This document shows, piece after piece, positions 56,527 to 64,000 of a DNA stretch of 64,000 nt. The notes under the pieces are model-generated. The model did no database searches, was not told the DNA's origin, and saw only the letters and a list, made by a program, of their open reading frames with translations. Each line of letters begins with the position of its first letter. Position 1 is the stretch's first letter. This stretch comes from Christensenellaceae bacterium (GTDB lineage: Bacteria > Bacillota > Clostridia > Christensenellales > Borkfalkiaceae), in assembly GCA_045542235.1 (NCBI GenBank), contig JAZQKQ010000035.1:1669-65668 (forward strand), in the 5' to 3' direction. A program made the position numbers and the translations under genes.

Positions 56527-57397
56527 CTTTAAAAATTTTTTCAGGAAAAATTAACAATTTTTCATTTTTTTCAGAAAGAGCGTGAAAAACGCTTTTTGTA
56601 AACTGTCTAATAGCTAAATCAAGAGTTGTGTTTTTACCATCAATAATGGTTTTATAGTTTAAAACGTTTGCCATTTTTTTCTTAAAATTTTTATCGCCTT
56701 CTTCAATTTCAACGGCGGTTTTATCAACCACAATGCGAAACGGCTCCATTAAATCGCAACCAAGATTAAATTGATTAAATTCATTTACGTGCCAAATTCC
56801 AATTTGAGTTAAATAACCGCTGGAAACAATTTCTCTGTTAAAGGCCGATAAAACGACTGCATAGCCATAGTTTAAACAACCGTTTAAAAATCCGCCCGCC
56901 TTTCGAGAATTGTTTTCCCCCAAAATGCAATTAAAATAAACCTTTGCCGAATGCCCTTCACGATTAGTTTCATCGTTATGGCTAACGTTTAAAGCATAAC
57001 CCTTTAACAAATTTGCTTGGTCAATAAAGCCACGCATTTCTAAATGCTCGGCTTGCAACTCAATTTTTCGCTTTATAATTTCCTTCCAAACCCTACCTTT
57101 AATTTCATCGCTCCAACTAAACTGCTCTTTATAACGCTTAGGGGTGTTATGAGCAGAGTAATAGGGCAACAATTCCGATTGAGGATTATTTTTTTCATCG
57201 CAAAAAATAACCTTAACGTTTTTTTTCATAAGCTCGCATAGGAGAGAAGCAGTTAACGAAACAGCCGTGCTTTGAACGATTAGCGTGTTAATTTCGTCAA
57301 TAAAAATTTTTCTTTCCTGCTCCCCTCTAATTATCAAGCTATTTAAACGAGCTTCTAATTTTGCCCTACTTTTAATTATTACAACTCTAAACCCCAT
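56516..57397 (-). CDS. cas1: Cas1
   Basis: 293 aa, type II Cas1 pattern (NPQSELLP, GLNYGYA, FNLGCDLMEPFR). Confidence 0.95.
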   Translation of the reverse strand: MGFRVVIIKSRAKLEARLNSLIIRGEQERKIFIDEINTLIVQSTAVSLTASLLCELMKKNVKVIFCDEKNNPQSELLPYYSAHNTPKRYKEQFSWSDEIKGRVWKEIIKRKIELQAEHLEMRGFIDQANLLKGYALNVSHNDETNREGHSAKVYFNCILGENNSRKAGGFLNGCLNYGYAVVLSAFNREIVSSGYLTQIGIWHVNEFNQFNLGCDLMEPFRIVVDKTAVEIEEGDKNFKKKMANVLNYKTIIDGKNTTLDLAIRQFTKSVFHALSEKNEKLLIFPEKIFKDEL

Positions 57398-60300
57398 TAT
57401 ACTTTTTGAATGCGTTCAACTAAACCGCAAGGCGATTGATGTATTATTGAAAAATCAACGTTAGTAATATTTTTATTAATACGTAATTTCCCGCAATTTT
57501 TACCTTTACCATCTTCTAATAAAGATAAATCAGCGCACTCTGGGTTGCATTTCATAAACCGAACAATTTGCAATAAAACTACAATTTGTTCAAAAGTAGA
57601 TAAATTTTCAAAAAGCGGTTTTTTACTAACTAATTTTTTGTTAAAACTCCTAACAGCTGATAAACCTTGATAGAAATCTTTAGATAATGTTTCAATAATT
57701 AAATTATAAAGCTTTAAGTTTTCTTTTTTAGTTGCATAAAAAGTTACCCCTTTTCGGTTTGATATTAAAGGAATTTCATCAAGTTGCTTTTCGGAACTTG
57801 AAAGTTTACCTTTTATATTTCTTTCAACTAATTTTGTAATTTGTTTTACGTATAAATCGGTTTCACTGCTCGTAAACCATTGTTGCGCATTATGGATAAG
57901 TATTTGGTTTCCTGTCGCCCCGGCTAACCAAACCTTATAACCATTTACGGAAACGAGAGTTTTTAATTTCAATTTTGGAATAATAATCTTCGGTTCATTT
58001 AATCCACAAGCTAATAAATATTCACTAATTGCATTTTGATTCTTTTTAATTTGATAATCAATAAGAATTGGAATAGATTCAATGGTTTTTATTATATTGC
58101 CTTTTTTATCTTTTGATTCAACAATTGCAAAATACGCCGTGCTTAACGACTTAAATCCACCATATTTTTCAGTTTCATTATAAGGCTTACATTGTTTACG
58201 AGGAGCGGCAATTCCAGACTCATCTTTACCATAAATAGTTTCATTATAAAAACCTCCTTGGTTTACGTAAGAATATCGTGTGACCATCATGCTGGTTTTA
58301 GAAGCTATTTTTCTTATGCGGTCAATATCGAAATCGCCCGCCCAAGCGCCTTCAATCGGCTTTTTGAAAAGATTTTTTAAATTATATTCACGCCAAAAGT
58401 CGTTTTCCTTGCGATAATAATAATCATAAGCGGAGGTGAATTTGGTGTGGTAAACGTTTCCAACGACAATATTCAAATAAGCATCACGAGCGTGATGTAA
58501 ATCGTTTGTTTCACGACATTTAACAAAATTATGTTCTTGCTTAAAGTCGTCAACGTTTTTTGCTTTACTGTAAACAATTGTTGTTCCAAACCGCTCGTAT
58601 TTACACTTTAATAGTTCCGCAACGGCTTTAATGGTTTGATTAGTAATAACAAGCTGGCGACTAATAAATTCTCTAAAATCATCGTCAGATAAAGGTTTAG
58701 TTCTCATTAACCTATTATATTTTGTTTCGCTCATTAACCCCTTTGCTTTTAAAATTTTCCAAAAGCTTTGCTGTTTTGTAAAGCCCAATGGTAACGGATA
58801 AATATCCCTTTTTTCAGCATTTTTAACCCTTTCTACAAGCACTTTATTATCAAGACTATCATCTTTAGTTATAGAACGTGGAATAACGTGATCCACGTCG
58901 TAAAGGTCGGTAGCAAGTTGGTCTAAATTGATTGGATTCCCCGTATAAGCGCATCTACCAAGCTGTGAAAAATACAAATATAAACGTTCTTGACGAAGGC
59001 GTGAATCGGTGATTTCTTCTTTATTAAGCTCTTTTGTAAGCTCGTCGATATTAGCGCAATCTTCACCAACTCCTGCATATAACGCTAACAGCTTATTTTT
59101 ACGAGAAATCGTGCGACCTTTATCACCCTTTTCTCCATCTTGACGAGTTACTTCAATAAAAATTTTATTAGGAGCTTTACCAACCGCTTTAACGTATTCG
59201 TCAATCATAGTAAGCGATTGCCAAATTCCACGGCGAACCATAGGCGAAACGTATAATTCGGCAACGTCTTCATAGGTAATATCTTCTTTCCTACCAGAAT
59301 TTTCATCATCAATCGCCTGTTTAAACGAATATTCTTCACCAAATAAAATTTGATTAAAATTATCGTTAGAATTATACAAACAGCTTAAAATAGTTTGAAC
59401 TTCACCGGTCACTTGATTAACGCCACCAACAATTTCGCACAACAATTTTTTCGATAAACGGCCAAACTCCTTAAACGACGTTAAACCCTTTAACCACTTA
59501 ATATTTTCTTTAAAAATAGCAAGGTGTCCATATTTTTGTAAAATCATGCTTTCAACAAGACTTTTATCGGTATTTAACGTGTGCCAAAGAATAATATCTT
59601 CAAAAATTTCCGGTTTTTCATCGACAAGCGTTCCAAATTTATCCTTAAAAATAACGTAGGAATTCATGCTTGCATTCAAACCAATTTGCGAATCAAACCC
59701 GGTTATTGAAAGAGCTTTAACTTCCGCTTGTGTATATTTTCCACTTAAAAGAAGATAATCTTTAATTAGCTTAACGCCTACTTTTTTATTCTTTAAGAAT
59801 AAATTATTAAAAATTTCCTTTTTTAATTCTACCGAAATACCAATTCCATCAAATTTTATTTTATTAATTTGATTTAAAACGTCGAAAGCTTGATAATACA
59901 TTGAGCCCTTTGGTAGCACGTCTTGATTGCGTAGATATGAACACTTATTGGTCATTCGGCGAATAAACGCTTCGTTACTTTTAGCTTTATCTACAATTTC
60001 ATCAAAATTCCAAGGGGTAATTTTATCGTTTTTGCCCTCATATCGCACCATCCAGCTATTTTTTCCGTAGGTATTTAACGGGCCAACGTAGTAAGGAATT
60101 TTAAACAAGAATATCTTTTTAATTTTTTCAATAGCTGAATAACCATCGGAATTTTTTTGCAAAAATTCAGGATAATTTTTTCCTAAATTTTCCAAAATTA
60201 AATTTAATTCCATGCCGTTGATTTGATGCGGAAATAAACCGTTATCCGCATTTATAATTTTAGGCAAAAACGCATCGTTTTCAATTTCTGAAATAATAAA

Positions 60301-61488
60301 ATTAAAGGTTTCGTTATCACTTACGGGCACGCTTGATAAAGTTTTTTTCAAAAAATTGTAAAATTCTTCTTTATTTAAGCATTTTTCAACGTGTTTTTTA
60401 TTTCCTTTCTTTTTTGTATATCCAATATAATTAACGTAATTACATTTTTCAGAAGTGCTCCTAAAAATTTTAGAATATACCGACTTGTCGTAATTAGCTT
60501 TAACGAATAATTTTAATTTATCTAAATCGCTTTTATGCTTTTCATAAATAGCAACCATAGCTTCAGAAATATTTGAATAGCCTTCTAACACCTTTTCAAA
60601 TACCGTAAAATTATAAATTGCCCTTGCTTCTTTTAATAGCGAATAATGATCTTCATCAAATGTGTCGCTCATTGAATCAAAGTTTTCATCCGATAATCCC
60701 CTAAACGAAAAACTTTTTACATCTTTATATTTTTCTTTAAATTCTTCACCAAACATTTTCTTTGGCGAAGCTGTCCCTCCAAGTAAAAGTGAAACCCATT
60801 CCTTTTGCTCGGCGGTGGTTGCGTTTAAAATTTTATAACCCTCTTTCTTCTTATCGTTTAATCCCTTTAAGGCAATTGCTAAATTTTTGAATTCTTCAAG
60901 ACGCTCCATTGACAACCGCAAATCTATCTCGCTTTCTAACTCTTCAACTACCAAATTAAAATTATCAAATAAACGCCTAATATCCCTAATTGAATTGATG
61001 TCTTCACCTTCAAACAAAAAGTGTCCACGATATTTTATAATATGATGTAAAGCTAAATAATAAAGCCTTAAATCAGCTTTACCTTCACATTCAATAAGTT
61101 TTTTACGCAAATGAAAAATAGTAGGAAATTCTTTATAAAATTCTACGTCCGAATAATTTTCATCGGCAAACAATGAAAATTTTGTATTTAAATTGTCATG
61201 CTTATCCTCTTCGTAAAAGCCGCTGTTATTTAATCGCAAAAAGAAAAGTTCATCCGTCATAAAAGGCGCAAAAATCCCTTGTAAAAAATCAATGCGCTGA
61301 CGGCGTCGAGCTAATCTTCTTCGAGAAGTTCTTTTCCCTCTGCGCTCAGAAGCATCGTTTGCCTTTTCAAATAGTCTCACAGCCCATAAATCTTTGCCCT
61401 TGCGGCGCAAAAGATTATAGTTCTCATCGGTGCAAGCCATTCCCACTGATTCAGTGCCTATGTCCATACCCACGTAAAATTTTTTCAT
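57397..61488 (-). CDS. cas9: Cas9 (about 1363 aa from ATG 61488)
   Basis: RuvC-I GMDIGTESVGMA, Arg-rich bridge helix RRGKRTSRRRLARRRQR, HNH YDVDHVIPRS..DNKVLV, RuvC-III HHARDAYLN. The start follows GGAGG. The stop overlaps the cas1 start as TAATG. Confidence 0.95.
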   Translation of the reverse strand: MKKFYVGMDIGTESVGMACTDENYNLLRRKGKDLWAVRLFEKANDASERRGKRTSRRRLARRRQRIDFLQGIFAPFMTDELFFLRLNNSGFYEEDKHDNLNTKFSLFADENYSDVEFYKEFPTIFHLRKKLIECEGKADLRLYYLALHHIIKYRGHFLFEGEDINSIRDIRRLFDNFNLVVEELESEIDLRLSMERLEEFKNLAIALKGLNDKKKEGYKILNATTAEQKEWVSLLLGGTASPKKMFGEEFKEKYKDVKSFSFRGLSDENFDSMSDTFDEDHYSLLKEARAIYNFTVFEKVLEGYSNISEAMVAIYEKHKSDLDKLKLFVKANYDKSVYSKIFRSTSEKCNYVNYIGYTKKKGNKKHVEKCLNKEEFYNFLKKTLSSVPVSDNETFNFIISEIENDAFLPKIINADNGLFPHQINGMELNLILENLGKNYPEFLQKNSDGYSAIEKIKKIFLFKIPYYVGPLNTYGKNSWMVRYEGKNDKITPWNFDEIVDKAKSNEAFIRRMTNKCSYLRNQDVLPKGSMYYQAFDVLNQINKIKFDGIGISVELKKEIFNNLFLKNKKVGVKLIKDYLLLSGKYTQAEVKALSITGFDSQIGLNASMNSYVIFKDKFGTLVDEKPEIFEDIILWHTLNTDKSLVESMILQKYGHLAIFKENIKWLKGLTSFKEFGRLSKKLLCEIVGGVNQVTGEVQTILSCLYNSNDNFNQILFGEEYSFKQAIDDENSGRKEDITYEDVAELYVSPMVRRGIWQSLTMIDEYVKAVGKAPNKIFIEVTRQDGEKGDKGRTISRKNKLLALYAGVGEDCANIDELTKELNKEEITDSRLRQERLYLYFSQLGRCAYTGNPINLDQLATDLYDVDHVIPRSITKDDSLDNKVLVERVKNAEKRDIYPLPLGFTKQQSFWKILKAKGLMSETKYNRLMRTKPLSDDDFREFISRQLVITNQTIKAVAELLKCKYERFGTTIVYSKAKNVDDFKQEHNFVKCRETNDLHHARDAYLNIVVGNVYHTKFTSAYDYYYRKENDFWREYNLKNLFKKPIEGAWAGDFDIDRIRKIASKTSMMVTRYSYVNQGGFYNETIYGKDESGIAAPRKQCKPYNETEKYGGFKSLSTAYFAIVESKDKKGNIIKTIESIPILIDYQIKKNQNAISEYLLACGLNEPKIIIPKLKLKTLVSVNGYKVWLAGATGNQILIHNAQQWFTSSETDLYVKQITKLVERNIKGKLSSSEKQLDEIPLISNRKGVTFYATKKENLKLYNLIIETLSKDFYQGLSAVRSFNKKLVSKKPLFENLSTFEQIVVLLQIVRFMKCNPECADLSLLEDGKGKNCGKLRINKNITNVDFSIIHQSPCGLVERIQKV

Positions 61489-61505
61489 TTTTTTCCTCCA
61501 ATCTA

Positions 61506-61534
61506 TTGACAATAATTTTTTTTTGCATTATAAT
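61506..61534 (+). promoter_or_regulatory. consensus promoter of the tracrRNA
   Basis: Perfect TTGACA (61506-61511), 17-nt spacer, TATAAT (61529-61534). Confidence 0.75.
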
Positions 61535-61539
61535 AAAAG

Positions 61540-61626
61540 TATAGAATAACAAGACGAGTTCAAATAAGATTTATTCTAACCACTTGTTCGCATTGGCGAC
61601 ACACTCTCCGTTTGGAGAGTTTTTTT
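61540..61626 (+). ncRNA. tracrRNA
   Basis: The anti-repeat ATAGAATAACAAGAC-GAG-TTCAAA pairs with the crRNA repeat GTTTGA-GA-GTCTTGTTATTCTAT. It ends in the terminator ACTCTCC-gttt-GGAGAGT followed by T6. It is divergent from cas9. Confidence 0.75.
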
Positions 61627-61769
61627 CTTTGCAAAATTTTATATCTAAATTATAACACACCCTAGCCAATCATTCAATATTTTTTTAAATTTTTAAACGT
61701 TTATTTTTTGGCTTAACCTTATTTTACACATAATACCTGACAAATTCTGTCAAAATAAAAAAATTTATT

Positions 61770-61815
61770 AAAAAAATCCCCACGAGTTTGAAAAATTCAA
61801 AAACGTGGGGTTTTT
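61770..61815 (-). terminator. terminator of the XRE gene
   Basis: On the minus strand: CCCCACG..CGTGGGG followed by a T7 run. Confidence 0.7.
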
Positions 61816-61821
61816 ATTACT

Positions 61822-62151
61822 TTATGGTAGATTAACGCCTAAAATTTCTTCAAGAGAAATTTGGCAAATTTGAGCGTAGTAAATGAGAACTTCAATTGAC
61901 GGTTTGCTTCTGCCCGTTTCCCAATTTTGAATTGAACTAAGTCCCCAACCAAGGGCTTCACCAAGCTCGGACTGACTGATTGCCCTATCCATATTTTTTT
62001 TACAATCTAAACAATTTAAGCTGTGGCAATCGCCGTGATTTCGAGTGTAAAAGCAAACGTATCGGCGCAAATTTAAATTATGAACCCTAAGTTCGTAAAG
62101 CTTTAAACTAACTGATTCCCAATCGATTTTTGGCACGGCAATAATTTCCAT
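61822..62151 (-). CDS. XRE-family HTH protein with a Cys/His-rich N-terminal extension
   Basis: ISQSELGEALGWGLSSIQNWETGRSKPS is an XRE HTH. The N-terminus carries HGDCHSLNCLDC. Confidence 0.7.
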   Translation of the reverse strand: MEIIAVPKIDWESVSLKLYELRVHNLNLRRYVCFYTRNHGDCHSLNCLDCKKNMDRAISQSELGEALGWGLSSIQNWETGRSKPSIEVLIYYAQICQISLEEILGVNLP

Positions 62152-62180
62152 TTTTTAACTCCATTTTGTTTTTTATTGTT

Positions 62181-62218
62181 AATAACCGTGCTATACGCCC
62201 ATATATAGCACGGTTATT
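62181..62218. other. 15-bp-arm inverted repeat between nrdG and the XRE gene
   Basis: AATAACCGTGCTATA..TATAGCACGGTTATT. The T-run is on the plus strand only, which is antisense to the genes. Confidence 0.5.
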
Positions 62219-62231
62219 TTAAAATTTCAAT

Positions 62232-62756
62232 TTAAATATCAAGCCAAACGGGCTTATTTTCAGCAAGAGATTTTTTAACGTTAATTAGCCTTTGGTTTGA
62301 CGAGCCACGAAATTTTAAGCGAATATCTTTAAGGCTTTCCACAAACTCGCCGTCGACCAACACGTCGATTAAAGAAAGCATTTCTTTGGCGATTTCCGAA
62401 TTGCACCTTGCCGATTTTTCACCGCAAATTTCTTCAAACAAATAGCCCGAATAACACCAAATATCTTTATTAGGGAATTGCTTTTTAACCCTTTTTAAAA
62501 ACGGAAGCAACACCTTTTGATTTTCCGGCTCGAAAGGCTCGCCACCGAGAAGTGACAAACCACGAATATAGCTTTTTTCAAGCTCGGCTAAAATTAAGTT
62601 TTCGGCGTTTTCATCAAAGGGTTTACCAAAATTAAAATCCCAAGTTTGAGCGTTAAAACAGCCCTTGCAGTGGTGAGAGCACCCTGAAACGAACAGCGAC
62701 ACCCTACACCCCAAGCCGTTTGCAATATCGCAAAGTTTAATTTCACCGTAATTCAT
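62232..62756 (-). CDS. nrdG: anaerobic ribonucleotide reductase activating protein (radical SAM)
   Basis: VSLFVSGCSHHCKGCFN cluster motif. It lies downstream of nrdD. Confidence 0.9.
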   Translation of the reverse strand: MNYGEIKLCDIANGLGCRVSLFVSGCSHHCKGCFNAQTWDFNFGKPFDENAENLILAELEKSYIRGLSLLGGEPFEPENQKVLLPFLKRVKKQFPNKDIWCYSGYLFEEICGEKSARCNSEIAKEMLSLIDVLVDGEFVESLKDIRLKFRGSSNQRLINVKKSLAENKPVWLDI

Positions 62757-62771
62757 AACAAACCCGATTAA

Positions 62772-64000
62772 TTATAGGTGTAAAACCCTTTCTTTAATTT
62801 CTTGAGTTCTACCTTGATTCCAAAATTGCGAGCCAATATAACCACAAGTTCTTCTTGCAACGTTGAGTTTGTTTTGGTCGGTATTTCCACAGTGTGGACA
62901 TTTCCAACCGAGTTTTTTATCGGCGTCTTCATAAATTTGAATTTCGCCGTCGTAGCCACAAACTTGGCAATAATCGCTCTTGGTGTTGAGTTCGGCATAC
63001 ATAATATTATCATAGATAAACTTCATAACGTCTAAAACGGCGGTCAAGTTATCTTGCATGTTAGGAACTTCAACGTAAGAGATAGCACCGCCTGGGCTTA
63101 GGGCTTGGAATTTCGATTCAATTTCAAGCTTTTTGAAAGCGTCGATTGGCTCGGTTACGTGAATGTGATAGCTGTTAGTGATATAGTTTTTATCGGTAAC
63201 GCCTTTAACGATACCAAAACGTTTTTGCAAACTTTTAGCAAACTTATAAGTAGTGCTTTCAAGTGGAGTGCCGTAAAGCGAGTAGTCAATGTTTTCTTCC
63301 GCCTTCCATTTAGCGGTATATTCGTTGAGCTTTTTCATAATTTCCAAGCCCAAAGCTTCACCTTCCGGCTCGGTTAACTTTTTGCCGTTAAGCGAGTAAA
63401 CACATTCCCAAAGCCCAGCAAAACCAAGAGAAATGGTTGAATAACCGCCGTGGAGCAAGCTATCGATTGTTTGACCTTTTTTAAGGCGAGCAAGAGCGCC
63501 ATATTGCCACAAGATTGGAGCTGCATCGGAAAGAGTTCCGGTCAAACGCTCGTGGCGGGCTTGAAGAGCACGGTGGCAAAGTTCTAAACGTTGGTCGAAA
63601 ATGCGCCAGAAAGCTTCCATATCGCCCTTCGCCGAAAGACCAATATCAACCAAGTTAACGGTGACTACGCCTTGGTTAAATCTGCCGTAATATTTTGGAT
63701 TACCCGCATTATCAACGTAAGGGGTAAGGAAGGAACGACAGCCCATGCAAGTGTAACAATTGCCGTTGCCGTTTTTATCGATTTTTGATTTAAGCATAAC
63801 CTTTTCGGAAATATAGTCGGGAACCATGCGCTTTGCGGTGCATTTTGCAGCAAGCTCGGTTAAATACCAATATTTACTATCTTCCTTAATATTATCTTCT
63901 TCTAAAACGTAAATAAGTTTTGGGAAAGCAGGAGTAACGTAAACGCCCTTTTCGTTTTTAACGCCGATATAACGTTGGTTAAGGGTTTCTTCAATAATCA
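62772..64000 (-). CDS. nrdD: anaerobic ribonucleoside-triphosphate reductase, 3' part (5' end beyond the window)
   Basis: C-terminal Zn ribbon CQVCGY..CPHCG and glycyl-radical motif RTCGYIG. I translated the frame upstream of Met 63827 and it stays open to position 64000 (..PAFPKLIYVLEE..). Confidence 0.9.
   Translation of the reverse strand, partial: IIEETLNQRYIGVKNEKGVYVTPAFPKLIYVLEEDNIKEDSKYWYLTELAAKCTAKRMVPDYISEKVMLKSKIDKNGNGNCYTCMGCRSFLTPYVDNAGNPKYYGRFNQGVVTVNLVDIGLSAKGDMEAFWRIFDQRLELCHRALQARHERLTGTLSDAAPILWQYGALARLKKGQTIDSLLHGGYSTISLGFAGLWECVYSLNGKKLTEPEGEALGLEIMKKLNEYTAKWKAEENIDYSLYGTPLESTTYKFAKSLQKRFGIVKGVTDKNYITNSYHIHVTEPIDAFKKLEIESKFQALSPGGAISYVEVPNMQDNLTAVLDVMKFIYDNIMYAELNTKSDYCQVCGYDGEIQIYEDADKKLGWKCPHCGNTDQNKLNVARRTCGYIGSQFWNQGRTQEIKERVLHL

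Noticed and set aside
62768-63035. ORFs 62768-63013 (minus) and 62802-63035 (plus).
   Set aside because: Both are nested in the C-terminal coding region of nrdD, which carries the Zn-ribbon and glycyl-radical motifs in another frame.
1-64000. Genetic code 4 (TGA = Trp) for the host, prompted by the Mollicutes-like lipoproteins and the in-frame TGA in the IS3 gene.
   Set aside because: All long housekeeping ORFs are intact under the standard code. TGA also serves as the mscS stop, in an ATGA overlap with the next gene.

Overview
64 kb of a low-GC chromosome that looks like Bacillota (Firmicutes). It uses the standard genetic code: TGA is a stop at 25253-25255 and the long ORFs are unbroken. 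All calls come from reading motifs by eye; no searches were run.

Layout:
- 0.1-3 kb: a PL1-type pectate-lyase-like lipoprotein and azlCD.
- 3-12.6 kb, minus strand: purine operon purE-purM-purN-purO-purH'-purD-purL. PurH is split, and an unexplained tandem 135-bp structured repeat lies inside the operon.
- 12.8-14.3 kb: guaB.
- 14.4-19.9 kb: a secreted glycoside-hydrolase-like protein and a lipid operon (DagK-like kinase, PlsC, GT2-GtrA fusion).
- 20.2-21.9 kb: an OmpR/HK two-component pair.
- 21.9-33.5 kb: surface and secreted proteins, a GuaA that has only the ATP-PPase domain, and MscS.
- 33.6-36.7 kb: a PfkB-family kinase and an EF-G paralogue with degenerate GTPase motifs.
- 36.9-43.7 kb: the candidate I rate highest, a translationally coupled SNF2 helicase / MoxR AAA+ / zincin-VWA cassette plus a Sel1 protein. 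I cannot assign it to any named system. It sits divergent to a dGTPase-like HD gene.
- 45.8-49.6 kb: housekeeping-like genes.
- 49.7-61.6 kb: a defence island at tRNA-Gln. It holds three copies of the tRNA 3' end, a decayed IS3 element, an ABC-ATPase + RloB/TOPRIM-like pair, tRNA debris with iteron-like 9-mers, and a complete type II-A CRISPR-Cas9 locus (24 identical repeats, csn2-cas2-cas1-cas9, divergent tracrRNA).
- 61.8-64 kb: an XRE regulator, nrdG and a 5'-truncated nrdD.

A non-palindromic 13-nt core motif, ATAAGTCGATTAA, recurs 8 times, only in intergenic DNA, and its orientation switches partway through the window.
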